From Gnetum montanum (taxonomy: Eukaryota > Plantae > Gnetophyta): a stretch of DNA of 64,000 nt. Both the position numbers and the translations under genes were made by a program. Shown here in pieces: positions 39,375 through 53,016 of the stretch (position 1 is its first letter; each line of letters starts with the position of its first letter). Location of the stretch: NCBI GenBank assembly GCA_015680685.1, contig MNCI01000456.1:84284-148283 (forward strand), given 5' to 3'. The notes under the pieces were generated by a model that saw only the letters and a list, made by a program, of their open reading frames with translations, was not told the DNA's origin and searched no databases.

Positions 39375-41263
39375 TAAATTGAGGCCCTCAATTCTTTTTA
39401 GTTTTTGTTTTACACGTTTTTGTTTTACATATTTTTGTTTTACAAATTTCCTTAACTTTTCTTATTTTTATTTTACAACATCGTTCATACTTTTTCATTT
39501 CTTGTGTGTGTGTGTGTGTGTGTGACTTATCCATTTTGTTAAGTTTGTCACCAATAAGTGTTCTTAATGATGGTATGAACTATTTTTCTATTGGTTGCTA
39601 ATGTTTGGTTTTTACCTCTAAGTTATGATGTTGATACTAAGATATGGCTCTTTTGATATGACAGAAAATGAATCCACTTCATCCATCCATATATCCACAA
39701 ATTTCTATGGTCTCTCTTGGCTTGAAAATGTACAGTCCCTTTCTAAATAAAAACTATAATGAACCGGTGACTAGATATTTCTCAAACTAAGGAAGGACTC
39801 AAGGATTGAAAAGGGTGTCACTTCAAGGGAACTTGATGCATTTGTGTTGGCCATTCTCTTAGGTGCTTGGATGTTTTCTTCTTGAGTTTTCTTACCATTT
39901 TGACTTACTTAATCATCAGGAAGCTAAGCTCATAAAAATAACAAAGTCTTTGCATGGTGTGGTTCTCATGCATAAACACATAAAACAAACAAACAAACAA
40001 AAAGAGAAAGTGAGAATTCAAAGCACACCCCTTACGTGAAATAATCATTTGGGCTACAAGCACTAGTTATGGAACTAAAATAAAAATGTTTCCTCTAACT
40101 AAGGCCCTTCTCGCTTCCCATTCTCTTCTCCTTCGTTTGGGAAGGCCTTCTTGTTACTTCAAGAGGATGGATTGGCTGAATGCATTAATGCGAAGTCATT
40201 GGAAGTGGTTTGTTTGAGGCCAGACTTAGAATGGGATCTACTAAGTCATATTAATCATGAACTACACAAGGGGCTGTACACCACCTTGTTCTTGAGATTC
40301 CATTCCATTCTCTTCTCTCCATCCTTCTCTCCATTGTTCACCTCATTGCCGATTGTATCATTAGTGTATATTTTGGTTGATGCATTATTCTCTTTTTGGT
40401 AAATTCTTGTGGTTAAGACATTAACTCTTGTTCCAAATGACATTCCTAGAGCCTACAGACTCTTTGAATGTGGATTTTTCAAGGCATTAAGGGCATGAGC
40501 CTGCTTTGGGGAGGACCCATTGACATTCCTATTTGGTGCACTAGTTAAATTCTTTCCCTTAACATTTTTGCAATCCACTCTGTTTTTTTCATTTCCATCT
40601 TGAAATCCATTTCATCGACGTTATAGTTGTCTATTTTTCTCCATCTTTCTTGTTCTTTATTCTTTCTCCATTCTATCACTACCGGAAGTTTGCTCTTAGT
40701 CATGGGGGTCCAGACCCAAATTTTTTCAATTTTCTCCTAACCCCTACACCTTTGGTAGTCACCACTATGATATCTCCAAATCCATATCAGCCATACCACA
40801 ACTCAACCAATGGACCTTTCACCAAACCAAGGTATCAGCTACATTATGATTCATTTACCCTTGCTAATATAGAGACTATGTTATGTGTACAGATGGAAAT
40901 CATGCAACAACGGATTAAATCTGGAAGGAACACTTGGAATGGAGCAGTGCTAAAGCAACTATGCAAGGAACGACATGGATGGCGTGCTTATAGATAGACA
41001 ACGAAAGGTGCAATCTTGACATTGGCAGCAGCTAAAATTATTTTTTTCTCTCTCTCTTTCTCAGCTGCCAAATGAGGCCTGATGTCAAATATATAAAGTG
41101 TTCACTCTTGTTTTCGTGAACACTAGTTTTGTCTTGTCTTGTAATGATGATCCATTCACATGTCATCCCATTCACCATTAGTTCCATTTGAGTCAATAAT
41201 CCCATACCATCCCAATATTTTGTAAGGAACTCAAGGATGAGTTTTTATTCAGTCATGGGGGTA

Positions 41264-42092
41264 TGATGGAACGCGATATCGCATGGGCTGTGATATCGCA
41301 TACACAATATCGCATCTTCACCTGCGATATCACGTACGCGATATTGCAGTATGCCGCCAAATCTATAAATAAGAGGTGGCTCTCCCTTGTTTCTAATTCT
41401 AGTCCTAGACCGTAGTGAAACTCTAGCAATTTTACCTCTCCAGAGGTAGAATAATTTCCATGTGCCTGCAATAGGAGCTCCAAAGTGAACGGATCTTTAT
41501 TCGAGCAAATATTGTACCTAAACATAAGTTTGTGTACGGAAATAAAGACAAACTTCTTGGATAGACCTTACAGTGCATGGAATAGACTAATTAGGATTTT
41601 AATTACTGTTATTTATTGTTTATCATTTAAATGCTTTATTAGTTAATTACATCTCTCTCAACCCTTCTCCCATAGTTAAGTGCATTCAGTACGACCACTT
41701 CGAGCACGTGCGTTACGCTTGGTGATCCTAGTAACGAATAGTATTTGGTAACCAAGGTTACATTGGTTCAGGGTGTGAACGATAAGTGGGAACGAATGCT
41801 GATGCTAGGTTAATTAAGGCTTAGTTAGTTAGTTAAAGTTAGTTAATTAGTCTCTTCATCCTTCACCTCATTAGCATAGAAGATAAAACAAAAAAGACAT
41901 AAAAATCACATACCTCAGACTTACTTAACCATACAATTGTGACAAATACAAGTAAGTCTGGGAAGACAATGAATGATTAACCTTAAGTGTTCCATAAGGC
42001 GTGTAGGCACTTAGTCTACGGAGTTCGACCAGATCGAGCGTGTAACGCTTGTATTCGTATGGTTGAGTGTAGGGGTACCTCGTCACTCATCA
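41264..42092 (+). repeat. 3' LTR of inner Athila element (829 bp)
   Basis: Follows PPT-like TGGGGGTA (41256-41263); direct repeat of 32175-32989 with a 14-bp indel near the start. Confidence 0.96.
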
Positions 42093-43429
42093 GTATGGAA
42101 AAAGATTTTAATAATGAAATTAGGATTTGGAGGAAGCCAAAAAAGCCTATAATAAGGATAAATCATTAAAGAGGGCTTGGAAGTTGTTGGAAAAAAGAGA
42201 TTTGAATGGAGTTTTATTATTGAAGAGTGTAAAAATTGGATCTTTCGAGGTGGAAAACAATGGATTTAAAAGAAAAATGATTATGGGATAAGAAATTTAA
42301 CCATCCAGACCAAAGAATATGCAAGTGGATACTCCCCATGGTAAGCTCATGCCCTTGATGCCCTTGCATGTCCTCATAACGAGTCCGTAGGCCCGAAGGA
42401 TGATTAATGGCCATGGATTGTTAAAAATCGAATCACCCAAGAAACCACCAAAGAATTAAGACATATCAAAATGGACACATTAATTGAGCATGCCAACAGG
42501 TAATGAAATGGAAAATGGACTAAAGTGATGAGGAGAGAGAGAATGGAATGAATTTCCTCATTTCAGTCACATGAAGGTCTTATGGAGTTTGTGATTAAGG
42601 TGGCCTAGGAGCTTCACATCCTTAGTTGGAATTAAGACCATCCACATTCAGTGACTTTACATTGGCACTTTAAGACCATTCAACCCCCTAGGGCTCATGG
42701 ACACCCACAAAGATCACCCATCATTACCAATAGAGAAGAAAAGAGAAGCAGGAAGTAAAGAGGGATTTAGTTAGAGGGGTGCCTTCAAGCATGGGTAACA
42801 TGTCTTTTCAACCCCATAACCAATGCTTGTAGCCCATTATTTCATCTAAGGGGTATGCTTCGAATACCCATATTTTTGTATGTTTTTACTATTTTTTTAT
42901 CAATGGGAGCCACACCATGCAAAGACATTGCTTCTTGTTATTTGTCGATGTTAGACATGAAGAGGAATCTATGAGAATACACATAAAAATCCAAATGGTA
43001 GGTAGGTACAAAAGGTGACAAGTTTTCTTGAAGTCACATCCTTGTCAATTCCACTTGATTCGTTCCAAGTCTAGAGACTACCAAGCTTACAAGTTCCTTT
43101 AAAGTTGTTATTAAGAAAGGACCTCATGCTTCCAAAACAAGAAAACACGATAGAGTGTTAGTGGAATGGGTGGATGACATGAGCTCACTACCTAGTATCA
43201 TGAAAAAATAAATGTCTCATTAATCCATGTCAAAATTCAATGATGAGATGTAGTCATTAAGCACTCAACTTAAATAGTATATTTCAATTAACCATCCTTA
43301 ATCAACAAATGTGTTCACACAAAAGTATAACACAATATAAAATAAATTGTAAAATATTCAAGAAAATGAAAACATATAAAAAACTATGTAAAATAAAAAA
43401 GTTGAAATCCCGAGGAGCCACTTGTAGGA

Positions 43430-46400
43430 TGTTAGCATCGATGGCCATCTCTCCCATTACTAAGTTGGAAGGGAGATATCTGAATGATTGAGCATGCTTG
43501 GCCCCTAGTTGAGGCATTGTTCCCACCAGTCATTCTTATCTCTAAGAAAGATTTAAGTTATTGGATGTTGACTAATAATCTCTTATTCAAGCTTGTAGTA
43601 TGGTAGACCATCATGATCCCAAATGGAAACGTTTAATGTATTTTTTTATTGCCTTCCCATAGCATTTGAAATTTGGTACATTGAGGTACATGCATGGGGT
43701 TCCAATAGAGCACTTTATCTCCTAATTGAAACTTTACTTTTCATATTCTAAGGTCATGGTGTTGGTTGTTATCTGGCTTGTGCACTTCATTCAATGAAAA
43801 GGCCACTCTTATCATCTAGCATGTTAAGATTCATCAATTTTTCTCTTTAGGCTCTTTAGGCTAGACTTAGATCTTAGTCAAGGTCATAACCAATTGAAAG
43901 TGTATGGATCTCAACTTGGATGGGAAGAGTTGGAAGTTTTCCATACACTAAATCATAGGGAGAATAACCAATAAGAAGTTTCTACGTTGAATAGTAAGTC
44001 CAAAAAGCATTGTTGAGCTTAATGCTCCAATCCTTCCTATATTTACTAACTATACATGTTAGTATCTCAGAAATTTTCCTATTACTAACCTCAACTTAAC
44101 CATTGGCTTGGGGTGGTATAGAGTTATTAATTAATGTTCAACCCCCAAGCACTACATGAGCTTTTGAAAAGTGGCACTAGTGAAGTGGGTTCCATGATCT
44201 AAAATTAGTGCTCGTGGTACACAAAACCTATTTACAACATTTTTTTGTACACATCGTCCTACCATAGAGCATGAACAATCAGTGATGGTAGTAGCTTCAA
44301 CCCATTTGGTGTAGTAATCAATAGCCATGATGATGTATGCCTTTCCATTCAACATGGGATTGATGGGTTCCATGAAGTCAATCCCCTAAATATCAAAAGG
44401 CTTCACTAGTTGGATCCACTATTGAGACCCTTTGCAATCATTCCTCCATCACACTGACCTCTATCATAGGAACAAAAAAAGTGATGGACATCCCTAAAAA
44501 TTATAGAACAATAATATCTTTCCATGAGGATCTTAATGGTTGTTCACCTCCTAGCATAGCAGCCCCCACAAAGACCTTCATGTGCATCTTGAAGGACTCA
44601 AAGTTAATCTGCATTAGGGACACACCATCCTACCACGTCATCTACGTAACTCTTATGGAGATTGCCATTGATTTCCATAAAGTGTTTGGCCTAATGAAGA
44701 AACTATTGTTTCTTCTTATGGTCCCACTCTTATGGCATCGCTTGTGTGAGTAGATAGGAGAGGATGGTATTATACTAATTTATTTCCTTGGGACCTTGAG
44801 CATTAGCAGAACTAGCAAAGAGAAGTTCATCAAGAAATTGATCGGACAATGGGCTTTCATCCTCTTTGTTATCACATTGTAACCGAGACAAGTGGTCAAC
44901 CACCACACTCTTAATTCCATTTCAATCAACCATCATTAAATGAAAATCCTAGAGAATCACCAACCACTGTATCACATAGGGGCTAATCATTAGCTTGTTC
45001 ATCAAGAATCAAATGACACTGTGGTCGATGTGCATAAAGATTTTGTATCCAAGCACATAGTGCATGATTTTCTCCAATGCATACACCACTACCATGAGCT
45101 CTTTTCAATGGTGGTGTAGTTTAGTTGTGCACCTGCAATGTTCTTACTTATACAATGGATGTAGTATGGATGTTTTTGATTATTCATTTATGTAAGCATT
45201 ACTTCAAAGGCATAATTCGATGCATCTGTCATGATGTGAAATGGCCTAAACTAGTCTAGTGCCCATAGAACTAAAGTTTCTATGAGTTTCTACTTCAACC
45301 TTTGGAATTTAGTCTTGCATTCCTTAGTCCATACAAATGGTGCAACTTCCTTTGTAAGCTCCACCAATGGCTTGATGATATTTGAGAATTTTTTAATGAA
45401 GCACCTATAGTAACATGTGTGACCAAGGAATGACCTCACATCTTTCACTATTTCTAGCTATCTGGTCATTCTTTGGATGACCTTTTTTCTTTGGATCCAC
45501 CTTGATCCCTTTGATTGAAATCCTATACCCTAATACAAAGCCTTCTTAGATCATTGGATGGCTCTTCTACTAATTAATCCTCAAGTTCATCTTCACACAT
45601 CGTTGAAGCACTTGCTCAAGGTAGTCCAAGCCTTGCGTAAAGGTAGCCCTGTAGGTAGAGAAGTCATCCATGAAGACTTCTACCTCACTACTGACCTACT
45701 ATTGGAAGATTCTTAGGACCAATCGTTGAAATGTAGCATGCAAATTACACATACCAAAGGGCATATTTCTATATGCAAAAGTTCCCTAGGGATTTGTGAA
45801 TGTTTTCTTTTCCTAGTCTTCTAGTGCAATTTGGATTTGGTTATAAGCACTATAGCCATCCATAAAGTTGTAGTAATAATGCACCACAATGGTGTCTAGC
45901 ACTTAATGCACAAATGACAATGGAAAATGATCTTTGTAAGTTGCCATATTTAATAACTAAAATTCTACACAGCCTCTCCACTTTGCTCCTTTCTTTGGTA
46001 AAATAACAAGTGGGCTAACCCACTCACTATCCACAATGGGGTAAATGAACCCAGCCTTGAGGAGATGCTTAATCTCCTTCTTGATGATTTGCTCAAGTTT
46101 TGGGTTCAAGCATCTTTGCAACTATCTCTTTGATTTGATGGGGTCTGTATAAACCATGTACTAGCATATCCTAGGATTAATTCTTATTATCTCATGATAT
46201 GACCAAGCAAATGTTGTCGACCATTTGTTCATAACTTCCAATAATTTCTTCTTCTATTCAAAAGCAAGTGTGCTATTAATGATTACCAGCTTATCATTGT
46301 TCAGAAATGCATATTCCATTCCTATCAATAGAGCTGTTAATTCAAGGACCTCTTATTTGAAAGTTTCATGGATCTCCAACTCTCCTCAATTAATTCACTT

Positions 46401-49400
46401 TGTACATGAGAAAGCTAGCAATGAAGCTACTCCAACTTGTCCATGCTTTCAACATAAGAGCTAGTGCAGCTCTTAGCTAGTTCCATGCATATTGTTGATT
46501 TAGCCTCATTATCTAGTATCAACCATTGGGTACCATTCTATTTAGTGGTTGTTGCATACAAGCACCTTTGAATTTCTGTCATCTTTGCATAGTGATTACA
46601 TGCTTAAAGTGATGTGCCTTTGATGATTCACAGTTTTTGCACATAATGGCACCCTGTGTCATTGTATGCAATGCATGGAATTCTCTTCTTTTTTATCTTT
46701 CCAAATTCATTTTCCTTGGAAATATCCAAGGAAAGGTTTCAAATCCCCAACCTTGCATTGATGGTGCTTAACCATGCTCTTCCCATGATGATAGGGAAGT
46801 CCCTTTTGCAATTCTCCACATGGATCACCAAAAAATCAGTAGGGTAGGACCATCAAAAAATAGTGGTCATGATGTCCTCCACCAATTCAAAAGGAAAAAT
46901 GATGGATTGGTCTAGCAGCTTTAGTCTGATGTTGTTCTTTTTCAAGCAAGGAATGTTTCAAGCTTTGTACATCTATTGTGAAATTAAGTTAACTTTACAA
47001 GTAAATAAGAGGACTCCCATGATCAGATCTGCAAGTAAATAAGAGGACTTCCATGATCAGATCTCTTTCTAGGAAGATGGAAAAACTTGATCCATTTTGT
47101 GATAACATGGGTCAACATGATAGTGTGAAATTGGGGAGCACTTTGGGTTAATGGTTGGTCAATAGAAATCTCAAAGGTTGAGGTAGCAAGGTTGGCAACC
47201 ACAAGTGGATGTAAGGACTTTTTGGAGTTGGTTTTGAAGAATGACCTCTTACAAGGCTTGGATTCAAAACCACTTAGCTAAGAAGCTAATTGAAAATTTA
47301 CTACCCTCATAGCATTTCTTCATTATGGCTAGGTAGGTATTTCACACTGCATGGATGGAGTAGGTGGCAGAGGAGTTGATGACGATGGTGTAGGAGTGGA
47401 TGGGTGTTGAGGAGGATAGAAAGGAAATGCAGACTCCCTTCTTGGAAAAGGCACTTTGTAATGCTCTATAGGGTAATAGTGATATGGAAAGGAGGCATGA
47501 CTAGAAGAGTCACATAGAGAGATTGATTGTTGAATGTAATACCCATAACAATCAAGTTGGTGATAAGGGTATTGTTACCTTGGAGATGGAATCCCCCATG
47601 AATATGGATGCTACCATTACTAGTATTATTCTTGCAGTTGTAGTGGCACTCCACTCAGATAGTAAGCTTGTTGATGAAATTGTTGCCGATATAGTTGCCT
47701 TGTGGATAAGGCAACCTCCTAAGTGCTTGTCATTTTTCCAATACAGGTTTTAAAGCATACACCCAAAATTCTTGTAGATGTGATAATACAGGGCAACATC
47801 CCTTGGAATGTTTGTATTGAAAAATGTCACAACCATCATCATTAGATTCTAAATCTATAACCTCCTCTACTAGTGCAGCTTTGCCCTTATCTTTATGATA
47901 TTCTTGTTTAGCCTCCTTCTTCCTTCATTCATAGCCACCACCTCCTTGATCTCTACATTCCTCTAAAATCTTCAAATAAATTTGAAACTTCTCATCTAAG
48001 GAGTCTCACATCTTATCAACCTTAGCCAATATTTCAGTAATAGATTTTTGGATCGACTAGGTTTTCTTCTACACCACTTTGTCAAGTGATGCCTGCTTCT
48101 CATTTTCACAGAAACGAACCTCCCTCTTGCAAATGGAGGGTTCTCTATTGTACTCTTTTGCACTTTTCCATATTTTAAGTTCTCCTTCCTCTTTGGCCAC
48201 TTGCTCAATAAGCTTTTGAATCTAATGAGCCTATAGCTCAAAAAGTCTCTATTACACATAGATCCTAAGGATTCTCCTTATTTTAGTTCTAAGCTCATCT
48301 ATGATATGGTGTAGTTGATCCCATTGGGAGTATTCATGACCTGGGCATCAATGCAACAAAGACTAGTACCTAGTCATAGCCACATCCAAGGACTCATGAG
48401 TGCCTTATTTCCAACCTTGGATTTGCCTTTGTAGATTAGACACTCTTGAGGACATTTGGTATTTGTCATTGAATAGCTCTAGCATCATGCTTCATTGCTG
48501 AATAGATTTTGATTCTAAGGACTAATACTAGCTTTTTTCTTTCTTTATGAGTGTCCTTAAGATCAATTTTAGCTTTTACATTTTTTTCACATTTTACAAG
48601 ACACAAGCATCATGGAAGGCTTGTAAATTATTTTGTGGATTTGAATTATATCCCCCTTGAGCTTAGGAACATTATTCATATCCAACCATTCAATGCAGCT
48701 ATCCTTCAAGTGCCTAGTGAAAATTCTAATAGCTTCTAAAATGTTCAACATATTTCTTGTAGCTATCAAAGGCTCATCATAGTCATGGGGGTCATAGTGG
48801 CCTATATCATGGCCATGATACCTATGATGATTCTTGTTGTGCCTTCATTTTCTATGATGTCCATCCCCTTGTTACTACTCATAGTCCTAGTCCTTATTGT
48901 CTCGACGAGATCTATGATCATCCCTATCTCGCTATTGATCTCCATCATGATTTTTGTTACTTTTTTCACAATTCCAACCTTTGCATATCCTATTGGAGTT
49001 GGAGGAGGAAGATGATGAGGATGATGATGAAGGTGAAGAAGAAGAAGAATCAACACCAAAATGATATCTATAGCCTTCTCTTCTTTAGTCCCTACCCCAA
49101 TCACCATGTTTAACTTTCTCATCATGCTTGTCATTGTTCTTGCCTTTGGCTAATCAACTATGGCTACCATTTGTTATGATCCCCTAGTCTTAAGATCCAT
49201 TTCTTCCATCACTAAGATTGTCCCTAGTTGATTGCAACCACTGGTTAAGGGCCTCCCCATAAAATAAAGGGGGATAATTAGTGTTTTGGGATTGGCCAGA
49301 AAAGAAGTCCTTCCCATCCTTGTGTGGTTGCAAGAATAAGTAAGTATGAAGCCTTTTGTCCTTTGTAGCCTCATATTGAGGTTCCATTTGTTGGTCTTTC

Positions 49401-49732
49401 TTCCATTAGGCCTTTATGGGATGATAATTCCAATAGAGGTGATCTTGAACCTTGTACTCTCCATTAAGTCCAATGATGCTGAACTTGATGAGATTGCTCA
49501 ACAACATTGTAGGAACAAATCATTCAAGAGGTAACATAATGTTTTCCTTCTTGTTCCTCCATCGTAGTTGCTTGTCTTGATGTAAGATGAAGGTGAAATT
49601 TGTAATGTATGGATCCAAATGGGTGTAGATAACTTAGAACTATTGGGACACTTACATTTTTGGACCTTCTTGCCCTTGGTTGGATCTATCAGTGAGTGGT
49701 GGTGGAGATTCTTCTCTACGAGAAGAAGTCAT
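43430..49732 (-). pseudogene. gag-pol of outer Athila element (heavily disrupted)
   Basis: ATG at 49732 (MTSSRREESPPP); CDIFQYKHSKGCCP; WVSPLVILPKK; VFMDDFSTY; MTDASNYA; AYIIMAIDYYTKWVEA...LILDHGTHFT. Collinear with the inner element. Confidence 0.92.
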
Positions 49733-49862
49733 ATTAGTGCTTGCTCAAAAACAATATGCAGTTGTTATTATTATATTCTTAATGATTTAGCATTAATTTT
49801 TCTTTACAATGTCTTTAGATGATTTCACTATCTTTCCTATGTAGCGCACTTAGCTAAACTAA

Positions 49863-49881
49863 GCTCTCAACAATGGCATCA
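49863..49881 (-). promoter_or_regulatory. Decayed tRNA-Asp-type PBS of outer element
   Basis: Minus strand reads TGATGCCATTGTTGAGAG just after the LTR; most differences from TGGCGCCGTTGCCGGGGA are C>T/G>A transitions. Confidence 0.65.
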
Positions 49882-49882
49882 A

Positions 49883-50720
49883 TGATGAGTAGTGGGTAGT
49901 TCCTGCACCCAACCATATGAATCACAAGCATTACACAAGCAATCCAATTGAATTCCATGGACTTAGCCATTAAATGCACTAATGGATAAAGATAGTGACT
50001 TGGAGACATGATTGTTGTCTGCTTGGATTCACTTATGTAAGTTCACTTGTATGGTTAAGTATAAGCCAAGGTACATGATTTTTATGTATATTTTATATTT
50101 TACTTAATTTAATCTAAGTTTAAAACAAAGGTAATTGATTGTGAATTAACTAATCAACTATCTAACGCATTAATCTAACTATCCTAACATAAGCATCCAA
50201 ACACACCTTCCATGCACATTCTGAACTCATTATAAATGCTACTAGGTTACTAAGTGTTAGGCTACTAGGTGAACCAAGCAATAACACCACTAGGATTACC
50301 AAGCATTAACAATATGTTCAAGGTGATCATACTTATGTATTATTATTAAATGTATTAATTAACTAAGGACATAAATGTAAAATGCATAAGTAATAAAGTG
50401 CATGAATGGAAACATTAAACTATTCTTAAGTGCTACAAGGAATTCCAAGAATCTCATCTACATTGCCAACACATCAAAGTGTGTAGGTACATTGATGTTT
50501 GAATAAGGATCCGTACAATCCTTGAAGTCCTACTATGGGCACTCAAAATATTCTAACTCTTGCAGAAGAGAACTACAAGAACTTGGCTACTCTATCAACT
50601 TAACATTGCCTAAATGTAGTGGGTGCACACATTTCTATAGGCAAGACTAGACACTGCGTTGATGCATCAAACCATGTGTCAACACAACCCTGTCGACATA
50701 GCCTATTGAATGATTCATCA
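49883..50720 (-). repeat. 5' LTR of outer Athila element (838 bp)
   Basis: Direct repeat of 27682-28576; flanked by TSD ATCAT. Confidence 0.92.
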
Positions 50721-53016
50721 ATCATATATGTACATTTTTTTAGAGATATAATTCTATTTTGAATTAATTAGAACCCCCACTTAATGAGATTATTTATCTT
50801 TAAAAGTAATCAACCCAATGTTGTTTAGTAATTATGATATTAAAATTGCTAATATATAATATTACTAATCAAAGATATGAAAAACACCTCCTAAACTTAC
50901 CACTACCCCTAGTCTTGGAAGGTGCTACTCATGAGAGTATGATCATAGGCCTTGATGGTTGAAGAAATTACAAGTTATGGCCCATGCCAAGCATGGGAAT
51001 GTTGAAATCAACTATTCCTTTATTACAAAATTTGGTATTTTACCAAATTTTTTTGTTACTACCTTGAATCCTTTTGTTATTTTAAGTTCAACACAAAAGT
51101 TGAAAGTGATGTAAAAGTTGTTAGGACTAGAACTATCCTCCCTACCAATAATTTTTGACATATAAATTTAGGTCATAAAGGTTAACTAATGTATAATGCC
51201 CAAAAAACATGATTTCATAACATAGTGCCTAGGCTCTTTGTTTATAGGCATAACTAGCTTGAAAATAGTCTTAGTGGAACAGTTAAATGAATTATATAAA
51301 AATTTTGAAAGAAAATTACATTAAGAGTCTTTGATTGATTACATTAACTTAAAACATTGGATAGAGAGAAACATAAATAACTTAAGTAGATAATAGAAAA
51401 TAATAAAACTATAATAAGAAGATGAGAAACTTGGCTAAGTTAATAGCTGTACAATGAGGGCTTATAGGTAGCAATAATAGCAAATAGTAATAGTAGCAAT
51501 AACAATTCTTAGGTAGTAGCAAACACTAACCAATGGGAACTCCAATATAATAATAACCAAATAATAACCTCCGAACACCTGGCAACAACTTGCAAGTACC
51601 AACAACAGCCAATAATAATAGTAATTTGCAAATGACAATGCTAGTAACAATTTGGAGTTGAGATAAAGAAAAAGGGAGAAAGGGAAAATGTGGAAGGCAA
51701 AGGAGAAAGAAAGGAAAATTGGAAGAAAGAAGAAAAAATGTTTCTGGCTAAATCTTCCTTAATGATGCCCCCTTTGTTTATTCTATGGGTTGTTGTAGAT
51801 ATTAAGTTGATTTTCCTCCTTGACAAAAAGAAAGACATGGATGTCATGTGACTCTACATGTGTCATTCATGTATAAATCATGGTAATAGTTATCATAGTT
51901 TAGATACTTAAACTTATTTTCTCAAATCTCTATGTGATGATTCCAATTTTTTAAAAATTTATCTTCATCTCTTCACTTTTCTTAATGAGCACCATCTATT
52001 CAAGTAAATAAAAACTAAAATCAATACACTAATTGTTAACTATAAATAAAATATGCATCATTATTATTATCATCTTAAGTTGAAAAATAATGATGGAGGC
52101 TCCGCAAATAAACAATGTTGTACACAACAATAATTAATTTTTCTCTCTTGATTTTTTAAAGCATTAATTGTATTATTGTAAAATAAAAAATATTTAAAAT
52201 TGAAAAGGTTTTTTTTTTGTACTAATATGATTTTATCTTAGGTGTTTTCTACTCATGTAATTGATTTTTTAAAAGCTTACTATGTAAGACAAGATTTGTG
52301 GATTGCATAAGAAATTTACATGCATAGATAACTAGAAATGCATAATGTAGAAGAAAATGGAACTGACCTCTAGCCATTGATACCTTGAATTAAACTTGAC
52401 ATTTGGATTCTTCTTTCACACCGATGCTCTACAACAATGATGTATGCAACCTCTAAGCATCTATGAAAGGGACCAAAACTATAGTCCTACTATGATTCAT
52501 GTGCCTTTGTTCTCCCATCAAGAATGAATTTATAGGCCACAAAATTGGTTACCATGAGAAATTAGAAAAATAAGAGACCTAATGCCAACACATAAAAAAA
52601 TGCGTTACTGAATATGGAGACCACTTGGATGCATTAACTAACGCATAAAGACATGTTAGTGGATATGGAAGCCACCTTGATGTGTTAACTAACACATAAA
52701 ACTGTGTTAACGTGTAACGCATGCTATAATCTTCCACTTAGTCTCCATATTTAATCAAGTCCAAAGTTTAAGAAATAAATGCATGAATCATGGTGATATT
52801 TTCTTTTAATGTAAGTATTATCTTCCATGTATTACAATGCATTATTTCTCAAACAAAATTTTTTATATGGTAACTAGCTTTATGAATAAACCAATGTTCA
52901 TTCTAGGTCCTGCCATATGTGAATTTTTTCTCATAACTGTATGCGCAAACCATATGAGAAAATAGCACAACTAAATAAGAGTTTCATTAAGATTGTAAAG
53001 TTTTACGTACAACAAA

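Larger units (their letters stand above)
32175..42092 (+). mobile_element. Complete nested Athila-type LTR retrotransposon (inner element, 9918 bp), no long env-like ORF
   Basis: LTRs 32175-32989 and 41264-42092 (TGATGG...CTCATCA); TSD GTATG at 32170-32174 and 42093-42097; PBS; PPT; gag-pol. Confidence 0.96.
27682..50720 (-). mobile_element. Complete Athila-type Ty3/Gypsy LTR retrotransposon (outer element) with env-like ORF; interrupted by a nested insertion
   Basis: Direct-repeat LTRs 27682-28576 and 49883-50720 with TG..CA ends; 5-bp TSD ATCAT at 27677-27681 and 50721-50725; decayed PBS; PPT; gag-pol order PR-RT-RH-IN on the minus strand. Confidence 0.93.
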
